Positions 38,104 to 51,686 of a stretch of DNA of 64,000 nucleotides are shown here, piece by piece. The translations under genes and the position numbers were made by a program. Within the stretch, counting starts at the first letter, position 1; each line of letters starts with the position of its first letter. The DNA lies in assembly GCF_044704955.1 (NCBI RefSeq), contig NC_091984.1:148180001-148244000 (forward strand), given 5' to 3'. The stretch is from Pristiophorus japonicus (lineage: Eukaryota). The notes under the pieces were generated by a model that searched no databases, was not told the DNA's origin, and saw only the letters and a list, made by a program, of their open reading frames with translations.

Positions 38104-39678
38104 CGAAAACCAGCACAGCCTGTCTACCTGTGTCCCCTAGTGTACGATGCAATCGTATGTCGAGATGGAGGTGGAGAGAGTAAAGGGGACTTATTTGCTG
38201 GACACTGGAGCATCATGCACCACAGTCTATGCAGATGACCCCACAGCCTCACCTCTATCAAACGGGACCCCGTACAGCCTAATGGGATTCATGGGCAATG
38301 AACAGGCTGGCTCATTCTCCATCCCACTGTCCATTCAATTAGTGACACTGCACACTAAGTGGACGTGTGTCCTGATGAAGTGGGAGCAGGAGGGAAAAGG
38401 AATCCTGGTGCCTACTTTATTATAGGTCACCGGGTTCTCGTGGATTTAAGAAACCATTGTCTGTGGGGGGCAGCCTGTAACAGTAAAGAAAGTGAGGTAG
38501 CAGTCATCCCAGAGAAACAGGGAAAGGGGACCCTGTGTACAATGAAGTCAAAGGAGGGTTACAACCTTGAACTACTGGTCAGTAACACACCAGTGGAGTA
38601 CCAGGCTGTTGTGCGAGTACACCTCGTCACGTTTGCCACTCACAAACATGATTGTCGGAGATTAAACAGAGTCGAGGTCAGTGTGAGTGGGGACCCCATG
38701 ACCCGACCACAAAAGCAGTACAATTTCCCCAGGGAAGCAGAGGCAGACATGGAAATGGCCATGAGTTCTTTGGTTAAACAGAGGCTATTGAGACTGATAG
38801 CCACCAATGTGAACTCTCCACTGTGTCCGGTTAAGAAACCGGACAATTCCTGAGAGCCACGGTGGATTACCGGGTACTCAACCGTAATATCCCCACCTGT
38901 GTACCCACGGTCGCAGCTGTTGCCGACCTCATTGTAAGTATTCCAGCATCCGCAACCACCTTCACGGTGCTGGATGTTTCCAACGGGTTTGGTCCATTCC
39001 CTTGCGAAGGGAGGACCAGTACAAGTTCGCTTTTACATTTAAAGGCCAACAGTACACTTGGAACTGCCTGCCCCAGGGTTTTCATAACAGCCCCAGCATT
39101 TTTCATCAATGCATGGCTAACTGCTTGAAGGGTTTTAGCAGACCCCGGCAGCTGGTCTAGTATGTGGACGACCTGCTCCTATTCACCGGTGAGGGTGAGG
39201 AGTATGGCCCACTGCTGGCTGAGCTGCTGGAGCTACTTAGGGAGGCAGGTTTTAAAGTTAACCCCAAGAAGGCGCAGATCGGCCAGAAGGAAGTCAAATT
39301 CCTAGGACTGACGGTGCGTGCTGGGGAAAGAGCCATTGACAAGGCTAGAAAGGAGGCAGTACAGGAATTACCAGCCCCCAACACAGTAACGGGAGTGAGA
39401 TCTTTTCTGGGGCTAACAGGGTACTGCAGAGACTTCATTGAGGATTATGCTGCCACAGCAGCCCCTCTGCTCCGGCTCCTACACAAGGGAGTGGAGTGGG
39501 ATTGGGACGAGGGTTGCAAGGCAGCATTTAAACAACTCAAAGAAAGGCTGCAGACCACACCGGCCCTAGGATCGATTGATCAGGGGAGAGAGTTTTTCCT
39601 GGAGATGGCAGCCAGCGGGGACAGTCTGAGCACAGTGCTGTTGCAGGAACGGCACGGCCAGCTGAGACTGGTGGTTTA

Positions 39679-42600
39679 TGTCATGTATCTCACACTACTG
39701 TATATAACTGTATCTTACCATGCTGTACATGACTGTAACTAGATATAACCTGTAACCACAAGCATACTTGACCACCAGGGGTACACTTTCAGGAGACACT
39801 GCATACCTGTTCCACACAGGTATATAAAGGAGGTCTCAGGCAAGTGTGAAATAAAGGTGCAGGTCCAGAGTAACCTTGACTTCAGCATGTGCCTCATGTA
39901 AGTCTGTACTGCAGGGTCAAGACTTTACAGTGGCGACGAGTTATGGGATCACAGAATCCACAGAATGGCTACCAACGGCTCAGATGAGAAATACAATGCT
40001 GGAGACAATTGGGAGGACTTTATAGAAAGGCTCCAGCAAAGCTTTTAACCAATGACTGGTTGGGCGACGATAAGGCAGACAAGTGAAGAGCCCATCTCTT
40101 GACTAGCTGTGGCTCGAAAACATGCGCCTTAATGAAGGACCTGCTGGCACCCGAGAAACCAGCAAGCAAGTCATTTGAGGAGTTGAGCACACTGGTAAGA
40201 GACCACCTGAAGCCAGCGAGCAGCCTACACATAGCCAGACACAGGTTCTGCAACTACAAATGCTGTGTGGGCCAGAGCATACCCGCCTTTGTGGCGGAAC
40301 TTCGGAGGCTAGCTAGTTTATGTGAGTTCTCCGATGAACTAAGGAGAGAAGTACTGAGAGACTTTTTTATTGAAGAAATAGGCCATGCAGGCATATTCCG
40401 AAAGCTTATAGAGACCAAGAACGTGACCCTAGAGGCAGCAGCACTGGTCGCACAGACATTCTTGGTAGGAGAAGAAGAAATGAGGTTGATCTATACTGCG
40501 GGTACGACAACTAACAAAACATCGGAACAAGGGGTTCACAGCGTGAAACAAGCCGCTACCCCCACACACAGACAAAGGCAGAAGAACAGGCCTTCAACAG
40601 TAGGTAGTGGCGCCAGAAGCCATCAAGGGCCACATGAACGGCCGTGCACACCTTATCAACCCACAAGGCGAGCAATCAACTACAAACTGAGAGAAGCTCA
40701 AAATAGATCAGCCAGACGCAGCTCATCCTTCGGAAACAATGGAAGTGGTCTGTGCTGGAGATGTGGGGGAAGGCACTCAACAAGGGGGTGTCGATTTCAG
40801 CATGCTGTTTGCAGAAACTGCAACTATACAGGGCATCTGGCTCGCATGTGCAGAAAAACAGCAGCTCGTCTGGTATATGAATCGGAAGGGTCGGAACGCG
40901 GACCAAAAGACGGTGGGGACAGTGCCCGGGTCGCTGGGGTACAGCGGGTCAACACGATCAATGTCCACTGTTCTTACAACAAGATGCCTCCAATAATGAT
41001 GAGGGTCCTACTCAACGGGATACCCGTCAACATGGAACTGGACACGGGAGCTAGTCAATTTCTCATGAGCGTCCAACACTTTGAACAGCTGTGGCCGCAC
41101 AAAAGCAACAGACCAAAACTCACAAGGATCGACACTAAACTAAGGACCTATACCAAAGAAATCATCCCAGTCCTTGGCAGCGCCATGCTCTCAGTCACAC
41201 ACAAAGGGACGGTGAACCGACTTTCCTGTGGATTGTTCCCGGAGATCTCCCAGCACTGTTGGGGAGAAGCTGGCTGCCAAAATTAAATTGGAAATGGGAT
41301 GATGTTCACGCCATGTCGTCAGAGGAACAGACCTCCTGCTCAACAGTTCTCAGTCATTTTGAACATCTCTTTCAGCCAGGTGTGGGCACCTTCAAAGGGG
41401 CTAAAGTTAAAATCTACATCACACAGAATGCCAGACCAGTCCATCACAAGGCTAGAGCTGTGCCTTATGTGATGAGGGAAAAGATTGTACACGAACTAGA
41501 CCGGCTTCTGCGGGAAGGCATTATCTCACCCGTGGAATTTAGCGACTGGGCAAGTCCCATCGTCCCCGTCATGAAGCCTGATGGATTCGTACGAATTTGT
41601 GGGGATTACAAGTCTACCATAAACAGAGTTTCCCTACAGGACCAATACCCGCTGCCCAGAGTGGAGGATTTACTTGCCACAATGGCTGGAGGAAAGCTTT
41701 TCTCGAAACTAGATCTCACAGCTGCATATATGATGCAAGAACTGATCGAAGATTCTAAGCTACTCACCACCATCAAAACACATCAAGGCCTTTTTATGTA
41801 CAATCGATGCCCATTCGGCATCAGGTCGGCAGCTGCTATATTCCAGAGCAACATGGTGAGTCTGCTCAAGTCCATCCCGGGGACGGTTGTGTTTCAAGAC
41901 GACATACTTATCACGGGCAGGGACACCGACTCCCATGTCCGTAATTTGGAGGAAGTACTAAGTCGATCGGATCGGGTAGGCCTAAGAGTTAAGAAATCCA
42001 AGTGTCTGTTTCTCGTACCCGAGGTTGAATTTTTGGGCAGAAGGATTGCCGCTGATGGAATCCGCCCAACAGAATCCAAAACCGAAGCAATTCATCTGGC
42101 ACCCAGGCCCCGGAATGTTTTGGAACTGCGCGCCTTTCTTGGGATACTCAATTACTTTGGGAACTTTATGCAGAACTTGAGCACGCTGCTGGAGCCTCTC
42201 CACGTGCTACTCAGGAAGGGGTGGAATGGATTTTGGGGGGACGCCTAGGAACACGCCTTCAATAAGGCACGCAACCTTCTGTGTTCCAGCAGTGTTTTAG
42301 CCTTTTTTGACCCAGGTAAAAAGTTAGTTCTTACATGTGATGCATCAGCGTACGGGGTCAGGTGCGTTTTACAGCATGTCAATGAAGTGGGTAAATTACA
42401 ATCCATTGCTTATGCCTCCAGGTCACTTTCGCGGGCAGAGCGCGGGCACGGTATGCTTGAGAAGGAGGCGCTCGCGTGCGTGTACGGTGTCAAAAAAATG
42501 CACTAATACCTTTTCGGGGCCAAGTTTGCGTTAGAAACTGACCACAAACCCCTCACGTCCTGCTATCCAAGTGCAAGGCAATAAACGCCAAAGCCTCGGC

Positions 42601-45166
42601 ACGCATTCAGTGGTGGGTACTTGTTGTAGAGAGTAGAAATATATATAGACTTAGGCATTAGGCACCTGCTGGATATTTAAAACTCACATAAGCTTAAATG
42701 GACACACACATAAAATGGCTGCCCAGGCATTATGGGAAATCAGGTAGTCAAACTGTGAACTGTTGAACGTTCACTGACCGAGCAATAACCCTGTGAGGCC
42801 CACTGTAGGAATGCCTGGGAAGACAGAGATAAGAAGGAAACCATCTCCTGTGAACAAGGCCATGAAACCAATTATTTCAGGAAGAAAGATAAGAGGGAAA
42901 CCATTTGCTGTAAACAAGGCTATATACCAATTATTTCTCCCAGATGAAAGAACTAGGGAGAGAACCTATAAAGCCATCGATCAGCCCAAGCTGACAATAA
43001 CCGAACATATGGTTCCCTGGATAGTAGGAGAATTCTATTGGGTTAAAGAACCTATATGTAATCTATAATCGTTGTGATTGGCTTGTGTCCAGCCGTGATG
43101 GGCTGTGTAACTGTAGTAAACTGTTTTGTAACTGTTGTGAAACATATAAAGGTACATGTAACTCTTTGTTCTGTGAAGAGAAACCTGGATACGGTCCTGA
43201 GTTTTTCCTTCCCGCTGAGCGTAATAAAAGCTGCTTCAGCATTGGAACCGACCCTGAGTGTTGAGTGATTCTTCTAAGAAAACACTAACGCTAACAGTAC
43301 TCATGCTGGCATCTTCCGACTACACAATAAGGCACAGACCAGGCACAGACAACTGTGCCGATGCGCTTAGGAGGATACCCCTGGCGACCACGGAAGGGGC
43401 CGACGAACAGGACTGTGAGATGGTCATGGCAATCAATGCCTTTGAATCCACAGGTTCGCACATGACAGCTCTTCAAATCAGAGTCTGGACGACCAGCGAC
43501 CCACGTTATCCTTAGTAAAAAGATGTGTTTTAACTGGTGACTGGGCAGAGGCCCGCGATGCCTGCCCCGAGGAGATTAAACCTTTCCATAGGCGCATGCA
43601 TGAACTATCACTGCAGGCAGACTGCCTAATGTGGGGCAGCCGAGTAGTTATGTCCTTGCGAGGCAGAGAGGCGTTTGTCCGGGAGCTCCACCGCGAGCAC
43701 CCGGGGATCATCCTTATGAAGGCTGAAGCTAGATCCCACGACTGGTGGCCTGGCATTGACGCGGACTTGGAGCTCTGCATCCGGCGGTGCACCATCTGTG
43801 CCCAACTCAGTAATACCCCCAGGGAGGCCCCCCTGAGCCACTGGCCCTGGCCCACCAAACCGCGGTCGCGGGTGCATGGAGACTATGCGGGCCCATTCAT
43901 GGGCAAAATGTTCCTCGTAGTCGTTGATGCATTTTCAAAGTGGCTCGAGTGCACCATTTTAAACTCGAGCACCACCTCCACCACTGTGGAGAGCCTCAGA
44001 ACCATGTTTGCAATGCACGGCATTCCTGACATATTGGTCAGTGATAATGGTCCGTGCTTCACCAGTGCAGAATTTCAAGATTTTATAGTTGACCACGGCA
44101 TAAATCATGTTAAGACGGCACCGTTCAAGCCGGCCTCCAATGGCCAAGCGGAGCGAGCAGTGCAAATCGTTAAACAAGGCCTGCTCAGAATCCAAGGTCC
44201 CACGCTGCAGAGCCGCCTGTCGCGACTGCTGCTGGCATACAGATCTCATCTGCATTCGTTGACTGGGGTTCCCCCCGCGCAACTATTGATGAAACACATC
44301 TTAAAGACTAGGCTCTCGTTAATCCTCCCAGACATGCATGAAATTGTGAGGCAAAGCGCCGGAAGCTAACTGAGTACCATGACCGAAATTCGAGGGGAAG
44401 GTGGAATGAGATAGGGGACAAAGTGATTGTGCTCAACTATGGCAGGGGTCGCAAATGGCTTGCAGAGACAGTAACAGGCAAGGAAGGAAACAGGCTACTG
44501 GTTGTACAAATGGACAATGGCCAAACATGCCGGAGGCATGTAGACCAAGTAAAAAGTAGATTCACCAACAACACTGCAGAACCAGAAGCAGACGACAATG
44601 TGGAACTCACACCATGCCTGGTGGACAGACAGAGGGAACAACCTGAGGAAAGGGCAGTCTCAACAGACAGCCCAGGCGAGATACCAGCTATCATACTGAA
44701 CAAAACAGACAGCCCAGGCGAGATACCAGCTATCATACTGAACAAAACAGACAGCCCAGGCGAGATACCAGCAATCACACTGAACGAAAAACAGGCACCA
44801 AGGCAAACAACTGAACCACAACTAAGACACTCCACGAGAGAGCGTAGACCACCTGAGAGACTGAATCTATAAAGACAATAAGACCTTGGGGGAGGGTGAT
44901 GTCATGTCTCACACACTACTGTATATAACTGTATCTTACCATGCTCTCCATGACTGTAACTAGATATGACCTGTAACCACAAGCATACTTTACCACCAGG
45001 GGTGCACTTGCAGGAGTCACTGCATACCTGTTCCACACAGGTATATAAAGGAGGTCTCAGGCAAGTGTGGCACTCGAGAGCTGTGAAATAAAGGTGCAGG
45101 TCCAGAGTGACCTTGACTACAGCCTGTGCCTCGTTTAAATCTGTACTGTGGGGTCAGGACTTTAAA
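39679..45166 (+). mobile_element. Full-length defective Gypsy G (LTRs 39679-39929 and 44900-45166) inserted in A
   Basis: TSD GTTTA on both sides; PBS tggcgacgag at 39931; PPT ggggagggtga; gag-pro-RT(FQDD)-RH-INT; 3x42-bp repeat at 44660-44790. Confidence 0.96.
42622..43296 (+). mobile_element. Solo LTR (675 bp, unrelated family) inside G
   Basis: TGTT..AACA ends, perfect TSD GTACT, TATAAA near 43146, AATAAA near 43223. Confidence 0.9.
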
Positions 45167-45740
45167 GTTTACTCCTCCAGGATACTCACCGATGTGGAAA
45201 CAGGGTATTCCAACTGTGAGAGGCACTTACTGGCCACTCACTGGGCTGTGAAGAGATCTTTAATCTTCACAGGAGGGCCCCCTCTCACACTCCTCACCCA
45301 CCATACACCTTCCCAGATGCTCCTGGATGGGAGGATTAAGGATGGGACAGTGAGCAGTGCTCGCATCGCTCGCTGGACCCTACTCCTCTCCCAGATGGAC
45401 CTAAGGGTAAAAGGCCTCTGCGAGCCAAGGCTCGCAGCTAACATGGTCTACCCGGGGACAGCCCACCTGTGCTCTGTAGAAGGGGTATGGGAAGTCAACG
45501 TAGGTTTTCGGGTCGGGATACACCCCATGGGCCGTGAAATCTATGTGGACGGTTCGAGCACAGTAACTGCTGGTGAATGACTCACAGATGCGGAGTCTAT
45601 GACCCAGAGGCGAACATTGCACTGGCTATTAAACTCCCCAGCACCATGAACGCCCAGCATGCTGAACTGTCCGCGGTGGTATATGAGGCCACACACCCCG
45701 AGAAATTTCCTACCCCGTACACGATTTGCTCGGGCACTAT

Positions 45741-47861
45741 GGGCCCAAGTTTCGAGCCGCGCCTAGAACGGCGCAGTCCCGACCTGGACGCCCGTTTTTT
45801 GCACCACAAAGTGCGCCTAAATAAACCTTCCAGATTCTCCACCTCCCTGCAGGTCCTCTGGCCCTCGGCGCAGCGCAGCAGGAGCTGTAGGGGGCGGAGC
45901 CAGGTCCCTGCGCTGAAAACAGTGCCGAGACCTCTGCACATGCGCACTACAGTGGGCGCACATGTTCAGTAGCTCCAGGCGCCCGAAACTGTGTGGGAGG
46001 GGCCGAAGCACGCAGCCCCTAGCCCTGGCTGAATGGCCTCACTGGGGCTGCGTGAATAAGGCTCCTCCCACGGCCAGCTCCTGCTTCCTCCCGACCCAAC
46101 TCGACTCCCACTTCCCGCCCCTGGACCGGACACGACACCCGCTCCCCCCCACCCCCGGACCAGACCCGACCCAACACCCGCTCCCCCCCACCCCCCGGAC
46201 CAGACCCGACCCAACACCCGCTCCCCGCCCCCCCCCGGACCAGACCCGACCCAACACCCGCTCCCCGCCCCCCCCAGGACCAGACCCGGCCCGACACCCG
46301 CTCCCCCCCACCCCCCGGACCAGACCCGACCCGACACCCGCTCCCCCCCACCCCCCGGACCAGACCCGACCCGACACCCGCTCCCCCCCACCCCCCGGAC
46401 CAGACCCGACCCGACCCAACACCCGCTCCCCGCCCCCCCCCGGACCAGACCCGACCCAACACCCGCTCCCCGCCCCCCCCAGGACCAGACCCGGCCCGAC
46501 ACCCGCTCCCCCCCACCCCCCGGACCAGACCCGACCCGACACCCGCTCCCCCCCACCCCCCGGACCAGACCCGACCCGACACCCGCTCCCCCCCACCCCC
46601 CGGACCAGACCCGACCCGACACCCGCTCCCCCCCACCCCCCGGACCAGACCCGACCCAACACCCGCTCCCCGCCCCCCCCGGACCAGACCCGACCCAACA
46701 CCCGCTCCCCCCCACCCCCCGGACCAGACCCGACCCGACACCCGCTCCCCCCCACCCCCCACCTCCCCCGGACCCGACCTGACCTCCCTCCCCCCGACCT
46801 GACTTCCCTCTCCCTCCCTCCCTCCCCACGACCCGAACCGAACCAACCTCCCTCCCACCACCCCCCCGACCCGACCCAACGCCACCTACCTGTAAATCTG
46901 GTGCTGGGGACGGGCCCTGCCCGAAGTCTCGGGCCCGGCCCGTTCAGCCTCCCTCCCCCTTCTCCTTCCCACCCCCCCCAATCTGCTCCCCTCGCCCCCC
47001 CCAATCTCCTCCCCCCCCAATCTCCTTCTCCCCCCCAACTCCTTTCCCCCCCCATCTCCTTTCCCCCCCCATCTCCTTTCTCCCCCTTCTCCCCTTTATC
47101 CCCTTCTCCCCATCCCTCCCCTTCTCCCCCATCCCTCCCCTTCTCCCCCCCTCCCCCTTCACCCCCATCCCTCCCCCTTCCCTCCCTCTGCTCCCCCCCT
47201 CTCTCCCTCTACCCGCTCCTCCCCCTCCCCTCGCTGTCAGAAACACAGACACTGACAGACAGAGAATGAGAGACACACAGACAGACAGAGAGATAGAGAC
47301 ACTGACAAAGACACACTAAGGGGGGCATCCCAGCACGCTGTTGGAGGGCTCCCGGTGCTGCAGTCGGTAAGTAGAAAATGTTTTATTTATTGATATTTTA
47401 AAAAAAAAATTATTTCTTATCAATTTTTTTTGATTGATTTATTGATTGATTTATTGTATTTATCATTTATTATTGATGATGGCTCTTTATTTGTAAAACT
47501 GAAGTGTTTAATGTTTGTAAACTTCCCTTTAAACACCCCCCCGCAACATTCCAAACGCCTGATTTGTAACCTACGCCTGATTTTCTAAAGTGTTGACAAG
47601 GATTTTTCGAGCTTACAAAAATCTTCACTTACTCCATTCTAAGTTAGTTTGGAGTAAGTTTTCACTGACGAAACTTTGAAAACAGGCGTAAGTGACCGGA
47701 CACGCCTCCCTTTGAAAAAAAAATTCTGCTGCAAAGTGAAACTGTTCTAACTGACTAGAACTGGAGCAAACTAAATGACGAGAATTCCGATTTCTAAGAT
47801 ACTTCGTTCTACACCAGTTGCTCCGAAAAATCAGGATCAAATCATGTGGAAACTTGGGGCC
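45741..47861. mobile_element. Non-autonomous TIR element (Harbinger-like) inserted in RNase H of A
   Basis: TIR gggcccaagtttc ... gaaacttggggcc; removal restores TICSGTMFTYTSCTEY; TSD not clean. Confidence 0.8.
46120..46760. repeat. About 40-bp C-rich minisatellite (about 15 copies) followed by a polypyrimidine tract to about 47230
   Basis: Unit ccggaccagacccgaccc(a/g)acacccgctcccccccacccc. Confidence 0.95.
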
Positions 47862-50120
47862 ATTGTTTACATACACCTCGTGTACGGAGTACCTGGCCAT
47901 CTGGTCCTGTCGGGGGTATACCTCAGCCGACGGGAGACCTTTGGCAATCAAGCCCCTGCTGGAAAAGATAATGACGGCCGTAGGGGAGGAAAGGGAGATT
48001 TACATTGACAAGGTGAAAGCCCACTTGACCACTGAACCTCGAGGTCAGGGAAACCAGCAGGCAGATGTGCTGGCTAAGGAGGGTGCTCGCACAGGGAAGT
48101 TTTGGGATCCATACGTCCTAGACCCCATAGCAGCAATTAGGGGCAGGGTAGGAACGGCAGGCAGGGCAGGGGTAGTATTCGCCCCGGACCTGAAAACAGT
48201 TCAAACCCAGGATCCAGTTCGAAGAACTGTTTTAAACGCACTAACCAAAGGAGAAAAGGTAGACCAGCGCAGCAGCCATGACCATTAAAGAAGGCATGCT
48301 GTTCACGGGAGAGCAATGGGTAGTGGCACAGCAACACAGGAGGGAATTCCTCCAACTGGCCCATGAGGGTCCAGGAGCGGGGCATCCCGGACCTGAGACC
48401 ACCTGGCAACGGGTGGAACAGGCAGGGTGGTGGCCAAGACTCAGGGAGGATGTCCGCGAGTTCTGCGCCGACTGCCGAGTGTGTGCTGCTAACAACCCTG
48501 ACCCCCAGAAAAGGAAGGTGTCTGTGGGACACATCAGGAGGGTAGAGGGACCATGGCAGTCGATTCAGATCGACTACATCGGGCCCCTACCCACTGCCCA
48601 GAGAGGCTATAAGTACTGCCTAGTCCTGGTGGCTGTGTTCTCCAAATGGGTTGAAGCCTTCTCATGCCGAACAGCCATCACTTTAGGAACGGCTAGGATC
48701 CTTGTGAAAGAGGTATTCTCCCAGTGGGGACTACCACAGTATGTGGAATCTGACCAGGGGAGCCACTTCACAGGTCAGGTAATGCAGGCAACCCTTAATG
48801 TGCTCGGCAGTCAAGGGAAATGGCATGTTGCCCGCAACCCACTGTCATCAGGTATTGTGGAGCGTTTAAACCGCACCATTAAAGAAAGGCTGCGGAAGGA
48901 GACGGGAGACTCACCCCAAAAATGGGTAGAGGTCTTTCTGCTGGTCCTAATGGGGATCCGGAGTAGCCAGTCAAAGAGCACAGGGTATTCCTCGCACGAG
49001 CCCATGACTGGTAGTGCCATGCGAACCCCAACCCATGCCCTAGCCCTGGTGCTCACGGAAGGTCAGCTCAGAGAGGTGAACCGGGACCGTTTTGTCAAGA
49101 ATCTGTTTGAACACCTCAAGCAGATTCACTGGCAAGCTGTTGAAAAAATGGGGAACCAGCATCGGAGCAACCGATTGCTGCTCGAACCCCGCAAGCACCA
49201 CGAATGGGAGATAGGGGATCAGCTGATGTTTAGGAATTTTGCCCGGGTAGGAACATTTGAAGCCCTATATATGGGACCAGAACATTGTGGACAAGGCAAG
49301 CCCCATGGTCTATGCCATAAAGATGCCCCGCCGCATAAAGTGGTTCCATATCAACCATTGTAAGCTGTTTAAACCAGGGGAGCCCGAAAAATGTAAGCAG
49401 CAGCCAGCAGCCGCTGACTGTGAAAGTCCCAAAGGGGGCGGGGCAGCCAGACAACAGGGCAGGTGGGAGCGATGAACTGCGTTACTGGAGGGACGATCCC
49501 ACCAATTGCTTGGGACTTGGGTGCACTCCCAGTAACAGTAGCCCCAAGAATGACTACCCGCATACCACAGCCAAAAGCCCCGTGGTCATCAGCGCCCCAG
49601 TTCCAGTGGTTCGGTCCAGGTAAGGCTGCCACCAGAAAGGGGACACCCAAGGTCAGGAAGCGTTCTAAAGATAAGGGCCCCCAGCCTGCAGCCTCAGACT
49701 GCGCAAAACCTACAGAGCAGAACTCTGCGGCCATACCAAAAGGGGCAGAGTGCTGCATCATCAAAGGGAACAGGTCCCCGATCGCCTGGGACACAGGGCA
49801 AACTCCAGTAACATTAGGGAGAGCCCTCCGGATGTTGCGGCTCAGGCCGCCTTACCTTCAGCCTTACAAGCTGCCCAGAAGTCGTCCCAACCGGAGGCAA
49901 AACAGGAATTAGCCTGGCCACCCGGAGATGGGTGGCAGATGTACATACAGCAAGTTCTTAATGGTCTGGGAATTTAAGTGTGGGGAAGGATAGTTTCGAT
50001 AATTTAGTTTTAGTTATAAGTGACTATGTGAGGACTCGTTTACCTGTGCCAACCTGGAGAATTGTCACAGGGCATGGCTGCCTTTTATGTATCCCTACAG
50101 GAACTGGGAAGGAATTTAAA

Positions 50121-51398
50121 ATGGAAAAGGTGCTGCTACTGCTTACCCTAATGGGGGTGAGCACCGGTGACTGAGACGACGTGGAGGAATCCCGCATTTA
50201 TGGGTGCTCGGGAACGAGGGCACCAACGGTGACTACTAGGGCTGGCACACCGGGTGTGGAGGAGATCGCGATCTACTTCCACGAGGGGAGGTGGCCAGGT
50301 GGCTGGGGTCTAACTCTACTCGGTAATCCAGCCAGGACAGATTCACCAACGGGAAGTCTCCATCCCATGCCCCAGGGTACAAATGGTTGCAGTGCAGGTC
50401 AGTGTTACCGAAGGAAAGCGTGTGTGCATTACCTGTAATGGTCAGATTCCTCTGGATAGGTGGTGGTGGCTCAGGAAGCTGAGCAAGGATGCGGTAGACC
50501 ACAGAACCGACTGGGAATGACTGGGGAACGATACGTACCGCACCATCACGGGGACCGAGGGGGGAGTGAGTGTGTGTTGGGATAAGTGGTGGGAGTCTGA
50601 ACAGGGGAGTTATGTCTGCATGTGGGGATCAGAGAGGGTCTGTCTCACAGACATGTCAATTGCCTTTGCCAGACAATGGCAAGACACTGGAGAGGGGATG
50701 GCATGGGACTCTAGCCTGCTGGAGTGTGAGGTCCCATATTCTCCGGTCCCAATTAACGCCACTGAACTGGTAGCATGCCCCAAAAAGCCCCTGCCTACTG
50801 TCCCGACAGTACAGACAGCAATACAAAGGTGTCCTACCACCACCAAGGGACCAGGGAATGGATTAGTTCTAGTACTGACCGAAAAGGTACTCTATCAGGG
50901 GATACACTGTGCAGTAGCCTCAATTATCTTAAACCTTACCGAAGTATACTTACCTGCATGGTGCCCCAAAGAAACGGAACAACTGTACCAGGCACTACTT
51001 AAAGAAATGTTTAGAAAATTTTACGAGTTTGACTTAGGCAATGTCGACAAAACAGAATTATACAATTTAGACCCCACAAACACTATGGATACCGGGAGAC
51101 AAAAGAGGGGAACCTGGAACGATGTCTTTATGCAATTCCTCCTCTACCCAAACATCTTACCTCTTTGTTGAAATCTATGGAAATATCACAAAAACATTTC
51201 TACACTCTCGATCAAAAGACAATTAAGATAGGGAGTGAGATCTTGGCTATCATAGTTCCACCCTGGTGGGACATTTTCAAAAATATAGAAGTCCCTTCTT
51301 GGATCAGGATGGCCTCCCATCTTTTGGTAGTATGTCAGCTCGGGATAGTGCTGTATCTGTGGTGTTCCAAGTGCAAAGGGAAGAACCGAAGGCACTAA
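50121..51398 (+). pseudogene. env: env of A: signal peptide, Ig-like domain, furin site, internally deleted TM, membrane anchor
   Basis: MEKVLLLLTLMGVSTG; VSVTEGKRVCITC..WWWLRK..EQGSYVC; GPGNGLVL; RQKR at 51097-51108; HLLVVCQLGIVLYLW anchor and KCKGKNRRH tail; acceptor ccctacag/50101. Confidence 0.85.
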
Positions 51399-51686
51399 TC
51401 CCGATATTACAGGGTGGTGGACAAACCTTAGGAACCCTATTAGCAATTTAAGTTTGTAATTTTGTGTGATGTATTTGAAATATGTATTATTCTTGTGAAG
51501 TGAAGTGTAACTTGCCTATATGCCTGTAAAGGGAAGAGGATGTAACTGAATGCTGTATCACGTAAAGGGGAATGTATGCTATGGGTGTTTAGTTTAGGTA
51601 ATTTGCGGAAGGTTGGTACTTGGGTGTCAGGTATTTTTGCTCACCTGTAAAGTGACACTATGGTTGGATAGTGTCATAGCGGGGAC

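Larger units (their letters stand above)
38104..49400 (+). pseudogene. pol: pro-pol of A (split: 38104-39678, 45167-45740, 47862-49400)
   Basis: LLDTGAS; LPQG/YVDD; tether; IYVDGSS..HAEL..KVKAH..GNQQAD; HHCC, IDYIGPLP, SDQGSHF, VERLN. Confidence 0.92.

Noticed and set aside
45962-47269. 435-aa Pro-rich and Gly-rich ORFs
   Set aside because: Stop-free frames produced by a GC-rich minisatellite inside a MITE.
50356-50680. Idea that the env Ig-like domain was captured from the neighbouring V kappa
   Set aside because: No similarity beyond generic Ig motifs; the domain is shared by divergent viral families and so predates insertion here.
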